Shown one piece after another: positions 15,751-29,950 of a stretch of DNA of 64,000 nucleotides. Made by a program: the position numbers and the translations under genes. This stretch comes from the human T2T-CHM13v2.0 reference genome, Homo sapiens. The notes beneath the pieces are model-generated. The model saw only the letters and a program-made list of their open reading frames with translations. It did no database searches and was not told the DNA's origin. Every line of letters starts with the position of its first letter. Position 1 is the stretch's first letter. Location: NCBI RefSeq assembly GCF_009914755.1, contig NC_060938.1; one strand, given 5' to 3'.

Positions 15751-18700
15751 AAGGCATACACCTTGGAGCTATTGCAGTTTGGTACCAGACAACCACAGTA
15801 AAGCAAATATTGCAGTAAAGTGAATCATATGAATTTTGTGGTTTTCCAGTTTCCATAACCAAGTTATGTTTACATTATACTGTAGTCAATTAAGTGTGCA
15901 ATAACATTATGTCTTTTAAAAAGTACGTATCTTAATTAAAAATATATCATGGCTAAAAATTGCTAATAATTACTTGAGTCTTTAACAAGTTGTAGTCTTT
16001 TGCTGGTAAAGGGTTTTTTCTCAATGTTGATGGCTGCTGACTACTCAGGGAATTGATTGCTGAAGTTTGAGGTGGCTGTAGCAATTTGGTAAAATAAGAC
16101 AAGAATGAAGTTTTTCTTCTCAATTTGAAATGAGAAAAGTTCCCTTATCCCCATCACAGGATGTGCGATGGGGGTGTGGCTGGCTTCTTGGGTGCCTGGC
16201 TGCTCATACCCCTGGGGGAGCATGCAGACAGGCAGGCACGTCGCAGGGAACACCGACCCCATGGCAGCAACTGGGATTGAGCCCCAGTGGGCATGTGTTA
16301 CAACGTGCTCTTTCAGTTTTGCCCTCTGCAAGTGGCTTGTGTTAATCAGCTTAATTAGACTTTCTGCTCTATCGCAAGGACAGAGGACTTTCTGCATCCT
16401 GGGTTCTTGCCTTAGGGTACCGGAAAAATCAAATAACACGTGGGCTTGGAGAATGAGTGCAAGGTTTTATTGAGTGGAAATAGCTCTCAGCAGGTGGATG
16501 GGGAACCAGAAGGGGGATAGAGTGGGATGGTGGTTTTCCCCTGGAGTGGGGCCACTCAGTCCTGAACTATCCTCTGAACTATCCTCCAACTGAACTTTCC
16601 ACTGAACTATCCTCCAACCATCCCAACCAATTTCCCCTAAGCCTCTGCCTTGTTCCTCTGGTCGATGGCCTGCTGGCATCTGCTGGTGCCTGCAGGTGTG
16701 TTCTTCCGCTCCTCTCCATGTCCAGCTGCCTGTATGCTCTTCTGCCCATGCATTTCTCTTGACATCCAGACAGTTGTGTCTGTGCCTGCTGGGTCTTGGG
16801 TTTTTATAGGCACAGGATGGCAGGGGTGGGGGGACAGGGTGGTCTTGGAAAATGCAACATTTGGGCATGAAAACAGAAATGCCCATCCTCACCTAGGTCC
16901 ATGGGCACAGACCCAGGGGTGGAGCCCTGGTCAGAGACCATGCCCTTCTCTACCCAGCACTTCCCTGCTCCCCTCCCATATCAAATTGACTCTCACTTTC
17001 ATGAAAGATTTTTCTGTAACATGAGACACTATTAGATAGCATTTTACCCACATAACTTCTTTCAAAATTTGAGTCAATCCTGTTAAACCCTGTCTCTGCT
17101 TTATCATATAAGTTTATGTAATGTGCTAAATTTTTCATTGTCATTGCAACAATATTGACCTCCTCCCATGAATCACAAATGTTCTGAATGGCATCTAGAG
17201 TGGGGCAAATACTTTCCAGAAGGTTTTCAATTAATTTACTTTGCCCAGATTCATCAGAGGAATCACTATCTATGGCAACTATAGCTTTATGAAATGCATT
17301 TCTTAAAGAATAAGACTTGAAAGTCAAAATTTATTGCTGATCAATGGGCTGCAGAATGAATGTTGTGTTACCAGCTATGTAAACAAGAGTAACCTCTCTG
17401 TACATCTCCATCAGAGCTCTTGGGTGAGTAGGTGCATTGTCAATGAGTAGTAATATTTTGAAATATTTTTCTGAGCAGCAGGTCTCAACAGTGGGCTTAA
17501 AATAATCAGTAAACCATGCTGGTCATGGATATACTGTCATTTGTCTTTGTTGTTCCATTTATAGAGCAAAAGCAGAGTAGATTTTGCATAATTCTTAAGG
17601 GCTCAAGATTTTTCAGGATGTAAATGAGCATTGGCTTCAACTTAAATTCACCAGCTGCCCCTAGCAAGAGTCAGCCTGTCCTTTGAAGCCTGAATGTAGG
17701 CAGTGACTTCTCCTCTTCAGCTATGAAAGTACTAGATGGCATCCTTTTCCCATGGAAGGCTGTTTTGTCTACAATGAAAATATATTAGTTAATGTAACAT
17801 GTATTAGTTATCTTAGCTAGCTCTTCTGGAGAACTTGCTGCAGCTTCCACATCAGCACTTGCTGCTTCACCTTGCACATTTATGCTATAGAGATGGCTTC
17901 TTTCCTTAAATCTTAAGAACCGAATTCTTCTGGCTTCCAACTTTTCCTTTGCATCTTCCTTCCCTCTCTCTGCTTTCATAGAATTCAAGAGAGTTAGGGC
18001 CTTGTTCTGGATTAGGCTTTGGTCTAGGAGAATGTTGTGGCTGGATTGATCTTCTATCCACACCACGAAAACTTTCTCCACAGGAGCAACACAGTTGCTT
18101 TGATTTCTTTTCACTCATGTGTTCACTAGAATTGTAATTTTTATTTTCTTCAAGAACTTTTCGTTTGCATCCACTATTTAGTTAACTGACTGGTGCGAGA
18201 TGCCTAGCTTTCAACCTACCTCAGCTTTCGACATGCTTTCCTCACTAACCTTAATCATTTCTAGCTTTTGATTTAAAGTGAGAGATTTGTGACCCTTCCT
18301 TTTATTTGAACACTTAGAGGTCATTGCAGAATTATTAATTTGGTCATTTGCAGGGAATAAGGAGGCCCAAGGAGAGGCAGAGAGATGAGGGAATGGCCAG
18401 TTGTTCGAGCAGTCAGATCACACTCAACATTTACTGATAAAATTCGACATCTCATATGGACATGGTTTATGGTGCTCAAAACAGTTATAATAGTAACATC
18501 AAAGATCACTGATTATGGACCACCATAACAGATATAATATTAATGACACATTTGAAATATTCCAAGAATTACCAAAATATGTCACAGAGACACAAAATGA
18601 GCACATGCTGTTGGAAAAGTGGTGCTGATAGACTTGCTTGATGCAGGGTTGCCACAAACCTTCAATTTGTAAAATAACACAATAAAGCTAAGTGTAACTT
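15751..18700 (-). mobile_element. Tigger1 DNA transposon (pogo superfamily), near full length, degenerate, interrupted by an LTR
   Basis: 3' end 'aggcatacaccttggagctattgc'; 5' subterminal 'gcagggttgccacaaaccttcaatttgtaaaa'; ORFs 17785-18114 (VWIEDQ...[14 protein letters not shown]-type HTH) and 16950-17327 are transposase remnants. Confidence 0.93.
16126..16983 (-). mobile_element. ERV1 solo LTR (LTR1 family-like) inserted into Tigger1
   Basis: TG...CA termini, exact 4-bp TSD AATT (16122-16125 and 16984-16987); Tigger1 sequence resumes across it. Confidence 0.85.
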
Positions 18701-20580
18701 GTTTCTAAAGTTAAAATTATCACACTTTTTAATGGTTTGTCTTTCTTTATATTGTATTTATGTTAATTAATTGGTTTAATATTTCTATTGATTCTTTAAA
18801 GATACTCCACAACATTCATTACTACATGCCCCTGGAGCATTAATAAGTAACAAAAGTTAACCCACAACGGTGCCTTAGTCTTAATCCAAAGGAATAATCT
18901 AGGAACATAAGAAAATGAGTTGCCTTTAGCTGAATTCTATAGCTTTGACCAGACTGCAGTATTAAGGGGAGCCATAATTCATGGTGTGACCAGGACATTG
19001 ACACAGGAAACAAATACGGTAGAATGATGGACAAGATGACCAGGTAACTGTCTTCCTAGACTAAGCTGTGTAATCCCATAGACTGACACTATAATTACAT
19101 GGAAGTAATTGCCATGTATTTGCCAAGAAATTACATGGTTGACAGTACTCTGAAAATTGTTCTGTATTTCTAGTGCCAACAGCTATGTTAACAGAAAATG
19201 AAATTAGAAACAACCACAGGAGGTGTTTTCTACTCATTTAGAAAACTATTTCATTTGTCAAGTAAAATTTAATTTACAAGTAAATATTATAAAACTAAAA
19301 ATAAAATAGAATGACTTAGAAATGTTTCTAAGAGTTATTGTTATTTGGCATAATGTTGGCTTTATGGAAAAAACAAAGTCATTTACTACATCTCAAGCTA
19401 ATTATATTTTCTATTTCGCAAGTGCCAGTGCTATAAAGCCGTATTTCCCAGGTTATTCCTCACAAACAAATGAATGTCAGATTCCAACAGGCCAAAATAG
19501 GAATAACTATATTTTGTAATCCGACAACTTTTTCCAAAATAATATAAAAGCTATCTTTTATGTATTACAAAAGCTAAATTGTAAGATAAGAATAGTTTTG
19601 CAATGTAAAATTATGTCCAAATTAGCAAATGAGTAGTTTTATGTTCTCACATTTTGTGGCATAAATGTGAAACTCTTAGAGATCAAAATCACCAGCTTAA
19701 ACCAAGAAACCTTACAAATGATCATTATGCTAAAAACTACTGACTCTCTTATTTGGCAAGAAGCTTGACTGATTAATCACACAAATTTTGTGAAAATAAA
19801 TACTATGAGAACTGATCTCTTACTAAATATATCTGATCTCTTAATAAAGTTTAGCGCTACTCTAAAGTCTTGTCTACATGAAAAAAAATTAAAATCAAAA
19901 AAAGATTCACTTAAACACATTTTTCAGAATTTATTTTAAAGTTATATAATAAATTATTTTATCTAACTATGCATTTAATTAATACAAAATTTTGTAATGT
20001 GACCTATACATATACATATTTCATTTGCTGGTTAAGCCAAAAAGTGAAATTTAGGCAACCAGAGAAGATAACCAGTGTCAAAGGAATCAAATTCTCTTCT
20101 CATTTTCTATTTTACATTTTACTAAGGAAGTTAGTTTTACAGCAGATGTTAAGATTTAAATGTTCTGTACTGTGGGGAAAAAAGCAGTATATATATATTA
20201 GTATTTATAGTAACTAACGTTTGTTAAAGAAAACAGATATACAGAATAATATACATAAAAATATACTTCCACATAAATAAAATATCGGAAAAGTTACATA
20301 AAAAATTAATAATGCTGATTACATCAGGGCAGAATTACTGAGTGTTAAATTCTATGAAATATCTTTTGTAACTTTTTGACTTCATCTTGTTTTTATAAAT
20401 TGTCTATTCAAAAATCAATTTTAAAAAGCAAAAAATAAATATGATCTTTTCTTTGATGAAAAAGGACTACAGAACTGGGACCATAGGCTGAAAGTAGAAG
20501 ACTAGAACTATAACATAGACGAAAATCATTCCTTGGATTATAAAGAAAGTTACTACTTCTCATTTTACAGAGCATAATAA

Positions 20581-20872
<292 letters not shown>

Positions 20873-20926
20873 TAAGAAAAGCAAATCTTCTAAGAATACA
20901 TGAGCAGTTTGAAAATGCGGGCCTTA

Positions 20927-21135
20927 CATAAGAGTCATACAGTGGATTTTAGAGACTCAGGGGGAAAGGTGGGAGGGAGGTGAGGGTTAAAAGACTATAT
21001 GTTGGGTATAGTGTATACCACTCAGCTAATGGGTGCACCAGAATCTCAGAAATCACCCTTAAATAAGTTATCCATATAACCAAACACCACTTGTTCCCCC
21101 AAAACCTACTGAAATATATTAAAAAGAAAAATAAA
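20927..21135 (+). mobile_element. L1PB-like 3' end
   Basis: 'atgggtgcaccagaatctcagaaatcacc...aaaacctactgaaat' followed by an A-rich tail. Confidence 0.85.
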
Positions 21136-21899
21136 AGAAAATGGGATCCTTGGAAAAAATAATGTGTCATGTAAGTCCAGAGCCATATGGGACAAAGATG
21201 AACATGGGACAAAAACAAAGAGGACGAGTAGCACATGTATAACTCAAGAAAATGAAGAAACAAAGCTAACCTTCCTCTATACTCAGATACACACGTACAC
21301 ATACAGACACACACACTTTCTATTCTATGCCCTTCTGGGACGTTGGCTGGGTCATAATGATCCTATTGGCTAATCCCCTAGCAGGACTCAGTGTTCAGCA
21401 GCCAATTTTTGCTGTTTGTCACCAATTCTTTGAAATAGCCTGATTAAAACTTAATCTGATTCTTTGGCCAGGAAATGTCAGCTTCCAAAAGACTAGTTGT
21501 ACATTTTTTGCCCTTGATTTCTGTGAAATAGTCCTAAATAAAGCCTGTGATGTACTCTAGACCTTCCTTAACTGGGATTCCATGAAAAATTAAGCCCCTA
21601 CCAAATGCACTAAAGGCCTCCATTTTATGTATGAATTAACTTATTTTCCTATGCATCTAGAATGAAATTGATATGTGTTATTCTTCAGAGAATTGTGAAA
21701 AGAGTCATGAAGACTATTTTCTGTTTCCTGTGATTCACAGGGGAAGAATCCCATTGAGATTATGTTACACAAAAGAAGCACAGTTTTTAGACCAAAGAGT
21801 AAACTCAGGATAACTCAATTTTCTATTTCAAATTCTCAAACACTTTGCAAGAGGATCTGCAGACCACAAAAATATTTCTTTGAAATTATGCCATCTTTT

Positions 21900-22291
21900 C
21901 CAGTGCTTTGTTCCACACCACAGTTGCTTCACATTTCTTTTATCTCAAAACTATTCTGAAATATTTCTCTTCCTCTCCACACAATTCCATCCTGTCTCCC
22001 ATGCCAGAGGGCTAGTGGGATACTTATTTATACCGCTGCAGCAGTGCCGTACTTTAAGATTGCCAAAGAACCAGGCAACGTGAGTATCCAGGTGCACAGA
22101 ATCGTCAGGAATTGTGGTAATTCTATTACTGTAAATACTTTTTTCATGAGAATTGTAGTTTGTATTTTTGTTCTGTCCCCAGCCATTTCTTCCTTTCAAT
22201 TTTGGTCCTGTAACTTCTGAAATATGAATATAAATTGTTTTGCTTGATTTGATTCATTTCTGTTACTGACAACAAAAGTTCTATCTAATAT
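21900..22291 (+). mobile_element. Possible ancient ERVL/MaLR LTR 3' end (LTR33/MLT1-like)
   Basis: Only the terminus 'ttctgttactgacaacaaaagttctatctaata' resembles such LTR ends. Confidence 0.3.
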
Positions 22292-22579
22292 ACTTTATAT
22301 ATTTTCTAAAAACTTTGCTCTAAAATATTTCAATATTTTCAATGTTCATGTTTTTTGTGTACATGCAAAGAACAAAAAACTAAATTAACTTTTTCTGAAT
22401 GTTAAATAACTTTTTTAGAAAATTTGGTGAGTTAACTAGATGAACAAATGCGTAGCATTTATGGGAAATAAACAGAGCATATACATTATTTTCAAACACC
22501 AGAAAAAGTATTTATAACAAAAAGTTTTATGCCTAAAAATGAAGCTAACATCGTGAAAGTAGAAATCCAGCAGATCATA

Positions 22580-23693
22580 TTTCTTGTTTAAATTTTAGTT
22601 TAGGTTCAGGGGTACATATGCAGGTATTCATGTGGGTGAATTGTGTGTCACGGGGGTTTGGTATACAAATAGTTTCATCACCCAGGTAATAAGCATAGTA
22701 CCTGACAGGTAGCTTTTCAATCCTTACCCTTTTCCCACCCTCCCCAGTGTCTTTTACTTTCTTTGTGTCCATATGTACACAATATTTAGATCCAACTTAT
22801 AAGTCAGAAAGTGCAGTATTTGGTTTACTGTCCCTGTGTTAGTTTGCTTAGGATAATGGCCTGCAGCGCCATCCATGTTGATGCAACGGACATGATTTTC
22901 TTCTTTTACGGTGGTGTAGTATTCCATAGTGTACATTTACTACATTTATTTTATCCAGTCTACCATTGCTGGGCTAAATTAGGTTGATTCCACATCTTTG
23001 CTATCATGAATAGTGCTGCAATGAACATATGCATGCATGTATCTTTATGGTAGAATGTTTTATATTCCTTTGGGTATGTGTACCCAGTAATGGGACTGCT
23101 GGTTCTAAGTTATTTGAGAAATCTCCTAACTGCTTTCCACAATGGCTAAACTAATGTACATTCCCACCATCAGTGTACAAGCATTCCCTTTTCTCTGAAA
23201 CCTCACCAGTATCTGTTATTTTTAACTTTTTATTATAGCCATTCTGACTGGTGTGAGATGGTATCTCACTGTGGTTTTGATTTGCATTTCTCTAATGATT
23301 AGTGACATTAAGCATTTCTTCATATGCTTGTTGGCTGCATGTATGTCTTCTTTTGAAAAGTATCAGTTCGTGTTTTTTGCCCATTTCTTAAAGGGGTTGT
23401 TTTTTGCTTGTTAATTTGTTTCTGTTTGTTATTGATTCCGGATATTAAACCTTTGTTGGATGCATCGTTTGCAAATATTTTCTTCCAATCTGTAGGTTGT
23501 CTGCTTACTCTGTTGATAGTTTTTTTGTTTGTTTGTTTTTTTGCTGTGCAAAAGCTATTTAGTTTAATTAGGTCCCATTTTTCAATTTTTGTTTTTGTTG
23601 CAACTGATTTTGGCATTTTCATCATGAAATCTTTGCCCCCAAGTCCTATGTCCAGAATGGTATTTCCTAAGTTATCTTCCAGGGGTTTTATAG
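22580..23693 (-). mobile_element. L1PA13-15-like 3' fragment
   Basis: Antisense 3' UTR; ORF 23320-23625 ([14 protein letters not shown]) matches the L1 ORF2p C-terminal region. Confidence 0.92.
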
Positions 23694-24159
23694 AAATAAA
23701 TTAACTTTTAATATTAGTTAATACAATTTAAGAAAATAAATGGCAATAGATATTTATATTACGTGGGTTTAGTCACTCTCAACTAATATTTCACATACAT
23801 CTGTAAAATCTTGAGTGTAACATTGCTGTTAGATGAGCATATTCTGATTATTGCTTTTTTCTGGCTTTTTTCTTACTTTTTTCACTGGGCAAAATCATTT
23901 TGTACCAATGGCTTATTTCTCTTTATTATTGAGTACTATTCCATTGTATAGATATATTACCATTTGTTTATCAGTTCATATGTTGAAGGACTTTTCAACT
24001 TTACCTATTAAAAATAGCAATTAAAAATAAACTGTTTTTAAAATTTTATGAATATTCATATATGTTTTTTCGTGAACATAGGCTTTCACATCCTAATGAC
24101 AAATGACTAGGAATAAAAAGCCTGCATCACATGTTAGGTACATGTTTAACTTTTTAAAA

Positions 24160-24253
24160 AAAATTTTGTGGGTATATAGTAGGAGTATATATTTATGGTG
24201 TAACTAAGATTTTCTGATACAGGCATGCAACGTGAAATAAGCACATTGTGAAG
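24160..24253 (-). mobile_element. Short L1MA2-like 3' end
   Basis: 'tgatacaggcatgcaacgtgaaataagcacat'; TSD core atgtttaac at 24142 and 24254. Confidence 0.75.
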
Positions 24254-24689
24254 ATGTTTAACATCTTAAGACATTGCCAAAGTGGTTGTACCATTTTTTT
24301 TTTTTGCAACCAGCAGTGTAAGAAATGCCCCTTCCTCCACATCCTTGCCAACATTCGATATGATCAATCTTCGTAATTATAGCCTATCAATAATTATGTA
24401 GTGGTATCTCATCTTGATTTTGATTTGCATTTCTCTAATGACTAAATGATATTGAGCATCTCTTTTTTTGCTTATTGCCATCTCTATATCATCATCTTTG
24501 ATGACAAGCATGGTCATATATTTTGCCCATTTTATTCAGTTGTTTTGTATTGAGTTTTGACAGATCTTTATATATTCTATTAGACATATCTTATTCTATT
24601 TATATATATTCTATTAGACAGATATTTATATACTCTATTAGACACATATTTTTCAAATATTTTCTCCCAGTCCATAGCTTGTCCTTTTT

Positions 24690-25157
24690 GTTTTCTTTCC
24701 TTTCGTCAAACTTTATTTTAGTATCAGGGGTACATGTGCAGGTTGTTTATATAGGTATATTGCATGATGCTGAGGTTTAGAGTATGAATGAGTCTGTCAC
24801 CCAAGTAATGAGCATAGTACCCAATAGGTACTTTTTTTCAACCCTTAACCTGTTCCCTCTGTCCTCTCTCCTGTATTTCCCAATGTCTATTGTCTCTTGT
24901 TCCCATTTGTATGACCATGTCTACTCAATGTTTAGCTCCCACTTGTAAGTGACAACATTTGGTATCTGGAGTTCTGTTTCTGTGTTAGTCCACTTAGGAT
25001 AATGGTTTCCAGCAGCATCCATGTTGCTGCAAAGAACATGATTTTGTTCTTTTTATGGCTGCTTAGTACTCCACGGTGCATATGTACCACATTTTCTGTA
25101 TCCAGTTTCCCATTGGTGGGCACCTGGGTTGATTCCATGCCTTTGCTATTGTGAATT
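24690..25157 (-). mobile_element. L1PA16-like 3' end
   Basis: Antisense 3' UTR; TSD core tagcttgt at 24675 and 25159. Confidence 0.88.
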
Positions 25158-27508
25158 GTAGCTTGTTTTTCATTCTCCTCACAGTATCTTCCAAATAGCA
25201 CAAGCTTTTACATTTTGATAGAGCCAAATTTGTTAATTTTTCCTTTTGTGATTGTGCCTTTGGCTGTTGTGTCTCAGAAATTTTCACCTTATACAAGGTC
25301 ACAAAATTTTTCTCCTGTGATTCCTTCTACAAGTTTTGTTGCATTCAGACTTATTTCTAGGTCTGTAATACATTTTGAGCTTACTTTTGCGTATGCCGCA
25401 AGGCATCAATCAAAGTGCATTGCATGAATGTTTATATCCAGTTGTTGCCAAATCACTTGTTCTTTAAGACTATCATTTCTCCACAGAATTATTTTTCACT
25501 TTTGCTAAAAATCAATTGTACATGTTTGTATATGTCTAAGTTATCTATTCAGTTCCATTGATGTATTTCTCTATATTAATGTCAACAGCATACACTCTTG
25601 ATGACAAAGCTTTATAGTCAACCTTGAAATAAAGGTACCTCTACTATTTGTTCTCCTTTTTCCCATATATTCTTTTTCCTATTTTTCAGACAACTTTTGG
25701 ATTATCTTAGTATTTTTTATAATTCAATTTAGATCCTTTGTTGACTAATAGTATAAGAACTTTACAGTAATATATCTCCTTCTAGCTTTTGTTATTATTT
25801 TCATCCATTATATTTACATACATATTATAATAATATATTGTTATTTTGTTTACTTAAACAGTTCATATCTTTTTCACAGCTTGAAATATAATTCACATAT
25901 ACAATTAACCAATTTAAAATATCTAATTCAGTATTTTTAGTGTATTTACAAGGTTGTGTAACTATTATCACAATCTCATTTTAGAATATTTTAGTTCCTC
26001 CTTAAAAAAAAAAAAGAAAAGAAAAACATACCCATTAGTTATCACCTCCCATTTCTCAAGGTTGTCAAGGTTCATCCATGTTGTAGCATGCATTGGTACT
26101 TCATTTTTTATTGCCAAATAGTATTCAACTGTGTGTTATGCAACATGTTATATTTGAACAGTTACTTCTATCTTTCAATTATTATGATTAAACCTACTAT
26201 GAACATTTGTGTAGAAGTGTTTTGTGGGTATATGTTTTTACTTCTCTTAGTAGAAATGGAAATGCTTGGTAATAAGGTATCTTCATGTTTAATCTTCTGA
26301 CTGTTTAACTAAGCTGTTTTCCAAAATGGCTACGCCAACTTACATTTTCACCAGCAATGCATTAGGGTCCAATTTCTCCACATCCTTGACAATGATTATT
26401 ATCTGTTTTCTTGATCATAGCCATTTTAGTGGATGTGAAGTGGTAGTTTTGATTTTTATTTATCTAAAAAGTGATAAATGATGCTCAACATCTTTATTAT
26501 CATTATTATTATTTTTGCTTATTGGCCATTTGTATATCTTTTTTGAAGAAATGCATATTCAAATTCTTTGCTCATTTAAAATTGTTTTTATCGTTCGGTC
26601 ATAGGCATTCTTTATGGCTTCTGAATAGAAATCTCTGATCAGATACAGATTTGAAAATTAATTTCTGTAAAAAAGCCAGCTGGAGTTTTGATAGACACTG
26701 CATTGTCTATAGTTCAATTTAGAGTACTGACATCTTAACAGTATTAACTCTTCCAATCCATGAGCACAAGATGTTCTTTCATTTTTGTAGATCTTTTTTA
26801 ATTCTGTGAGATTAGGTTTTATGGTTTTCAGTGTATAAGTTTACACTTCTATTAAATGTATAACTAAATATTATTTTTGATGCATTATAAATGGAATTAT
26901 TTTCTTAATGTTATTTTTACAATGTTTATTGGTAATATATTAAAAGCAATTGATTTTTATGTATTGATCTAATGTTCTGCACCCTTACTGAACTCATTCA
27001 TTAGTTCCAATAGTTGTATGTGTGAGTATATGTGTTTCTTAGGATACGAGGAAACATACAAGACCATTAAATCTGCCATTAAAGATAGTTCTATTTCTTC
27101 CTTCATGATCTGGATGAACTTTGTTTCTTTATCTTGCCTAATTACCCTATCTGGGATCTCCAGCACAATGTTAAACACAAGTGGCAAGAGCAGATATCCT
27201 TGCCTTGCTCCTGACCTTAGAAGTAAAGCATTCAGCCTTCCACTATCAAATATAAGGTTATCCGTGGGTTTCTTGTGAATGGCCTACACCAAGTTGAGGA
27301 GGTAGTTTTCTATTCCTAGTTTGTTGGGTGTTTTTATCATGAAATGGTATTGTATTTTTTAATGTTTGCTGCCTATATTGAGATGATGATATGAAGTTTA
27401 TCCTTTCTTCTATTAATATGGTTTATGATACTAATTGATTTTCAGATATTAAACAAACCTTGCATTTCTAAGATAAATCCCACTTGGTCATGTTGTATGT
27501 GGTATAAC

Positions 27509-27798
27509 TTTTTTCTTTTTTTCTGAGACAGAGTCTCGCTTTGTCACACAGGCTGGAGCACAGTGGTGAGATCACAGATCACCGCAGCCTGAGACTTTCC
27601 AAACTCAAGTTATCCTTCCACCTCCTGAGTGGCTGGAATCACAGAAATGTGCCACCACACCTAGAAATTAAATTTTTTTGTAGAGACAGGGTATCACTAT
27701 GTTGTCCAAGCTGGTCTCAAACTACTGTGCTCAAACAATCCTCCCACCTCAGCTTCCTAAAGTGCTGGGATTACAGGCGTTAGCCACTACACCCAGCC
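27509..27798 (-). mobile_element. AluJ-like SINE
   Basis: Dimer ending 'gctgggattacaggcgttagccactacacccagcc'. Confidence 0.92.
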
Positions 27799-28821
27799 TG
27801 TATGCACGCTTTTTATAAGTTGCAGGATTCAGATCCACAGTATTTTGTTGAGGAGTTATTTTATATATTAATATCCTAATATTCAGCTGGTTTATTGATC
27901 TGTAGTTTTCTGTAATGTGTTTGGTTTTGGTATTAGAATAAACGTGACATTTAGACTGAGTTAAGAAATGTTCCCTCCTGCATATTTTGGAAGAGTACAG
28001 GAAAGATACTGATCTCTGAATGTTTGGTAGATTCACATTGAAGCCATCTGGGCCTGGGTTTTTCTTTGTGGAAAGTTTTCAAGTTACTATATTGATATAT
28101 TTACTTGTTTTAGTTCTCTTAATATTTTTAATCAAGAGACAATTGAAGAGGAAATATGCAATTATGTTGCCTTTTGTAATTATCTTTATATTACCTTTAT
28201 GTTAATTATGTTTTTACATGTGGACTCAAATTATTGTCTAACATCTTTATTTTCAGTATGATAAATTTCCATTTGCATTTCTGTAAGGCATGTCTTCTAG
28301 CAATAAATTCTCTGTTTCTTTCTCTTTTTTATTTTTGGAATGTCTTTATCTTCATTTTTGAAAAATAGGTTTTCTGATATAAGCTTCATCTTACTGGTTG
28401 TTTGTTTTTATTTTGTTTTAACTTCATCACTCTGTCATCTCATTGCCTCTGGCCTCTATTATTTTCAGAAGAATTTACTATTAATCTTATTGTGATTTTC
28501 CTGTACATGATGAGTTGTTTTTCTCTTAGAGCTTTAAAGATATTCTCTTTCTTTTTGACTTTTAATATTTTGGCTGCAGTGTATATAGTTATGATTTTGT
28601 TTTTTGCATTTATTCTACTTGGAGTTATTTAGCTTCTTGGATATGTAAATTACTAGTTTTCCTCACATTCAGGAAGTTTTTAGCCATTTTTTTCATAGAA
28701 TGTTTTCTTCTGTCCCTTTCATGCTCTCTCTTTTGGTACTCTCATTACGCATATATGGATGGACTTAATGGTCCATCCCACATTTCTCTGAGTCTCTGGT
28801 GGGTTTTTTGCAAATTTCTTC

Positions 28822-29316
28822 TTTATTTTTTAACTTCTATTTTAGGTTCAGGAGTACATGTGCAGGTTTGTTATACAGGTCAATTGTGCATCACAAGGGT
28901 TTGCTGTACAGATCATTACCCAAGTGATGAGCATAGTAACCTGATAGGTAGTTTTTCGATCCTCACCTTTCTCCCAGCATCCACCCTCAAGAAGGCCCCA
29001 CTGTCTGTTGTTCCCTTCTTTGTGTCCATATGTACTCAGTGTTTAGCTTGCAATTACAAGTGAGAACATGCAGCATTTGGTTTACTGTTCCTATGTTAGT
29101 TCACTTGGAATAATGACCTCTAGCTCCTTCATGTTGCTGCAAAGGACATGATCTCATTCATTTCTTTGGCTGCATATTATACCATGCTGTATATGTACTA
29201 CCTTTTCTTTATCCAATCTACTGCTGATGGGCATTTAGGTTGATTCTCTGTCTTTTCTATGGTGAATAGTGCTGTCATGAACATACGTGTGCATATGTCT
29301 TTATGGTAGAATGATT
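28822..29316 (-). mobile_element. L1PA14/15-like 3' end
   Basis: 'gtacatgtgcaggtttgttata', 'gataggtagtttttcgatcctcacc'. Confidence 0.88.
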
Positions 29317-29564
29317 GTGTCTCTGTGAACAAGTTTTCATTGTTTTTTCTCTCTCCTATTCACATGGCCTCATTTCTAATCATTTATCCTCAAATTCACT
29401 AATTATTTCTTTAATGCTAAAACCTACTATTGAGGTCATCTAGTGATTTTCTAATCACTCTTATTTCACTTTTCAATTTCAAAACTTTCACTTGGTTCTT
29501 TCTAACAATTTCTGTCTCTTTGTTGACATTTTTTATTTGATGATATATAGTCACCATACTTCCC

Positions 29565-29745
29565 TGGGGCTAGGGCAGGAGGAGATGGGGAATTGTTATT
29601 TAACAGACATAGAGTTTCAGTATTGTGAGATAAAACAGTTCCAGATATTGGATTGCACGATAATGTGAATATATTTAACACTTAACCCACTAAAAATGGT
29701 TAAGACGATAAATGTTGTATATATTTTACCACAACTTTTAAAAAT
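29565..29745 (+). mobile_element. L1MB-like 3' terminal fragment
   Basis: 'agagtttcagt...ataatgtgaatatatttaacac...aaaatggttaaga...ttttaccacaa'. Confidence 0.75.
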
Positions 29746-29950
29746 TTAAAGGCTAAACATATCTTTCATGATCAGACCCATTTGTTTTATTTAGCTTCAC
29801 TTCTAACCACCTCTGGGACCCTTCTCTAACCCTATGTGCCAGCCATCTGGAGCTACTTACCAGTTTCTAAACTCTCCTTGCTTTCTGAGATTTCTCCCTC
29901 CAGATACAGTGCTCTCACTCATCTGGTCTTGCAAGCCTACTTGTTTTTCA

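Larger units (their letters stand above)
23800..29560 (-). mobile_element. Stack of old L1M (L1MB/L1ME) fragments hosting several younger insertions
   Basis: ORF 26969-27187 PLVFNIVLE...EEIELSLMADLMVLY is the L1 RT core with FADD decayed to MADL; several antisense 3' UTR blocks. Confidence 0.8.

Noticed and set aside
16041-17024. Cluster of 71-141 aa ORFs on both strands
   Set aside because: Mostly within the LTR1-like element; no gag/pol/env motifs
24549-24645. Three copies of tata(t/c)tctattagaca-like units resembling a spaced repeat array
   Set aside because: Low-complexity slippage within an old L1; not CRISPR-like, and the context is eukaryotic
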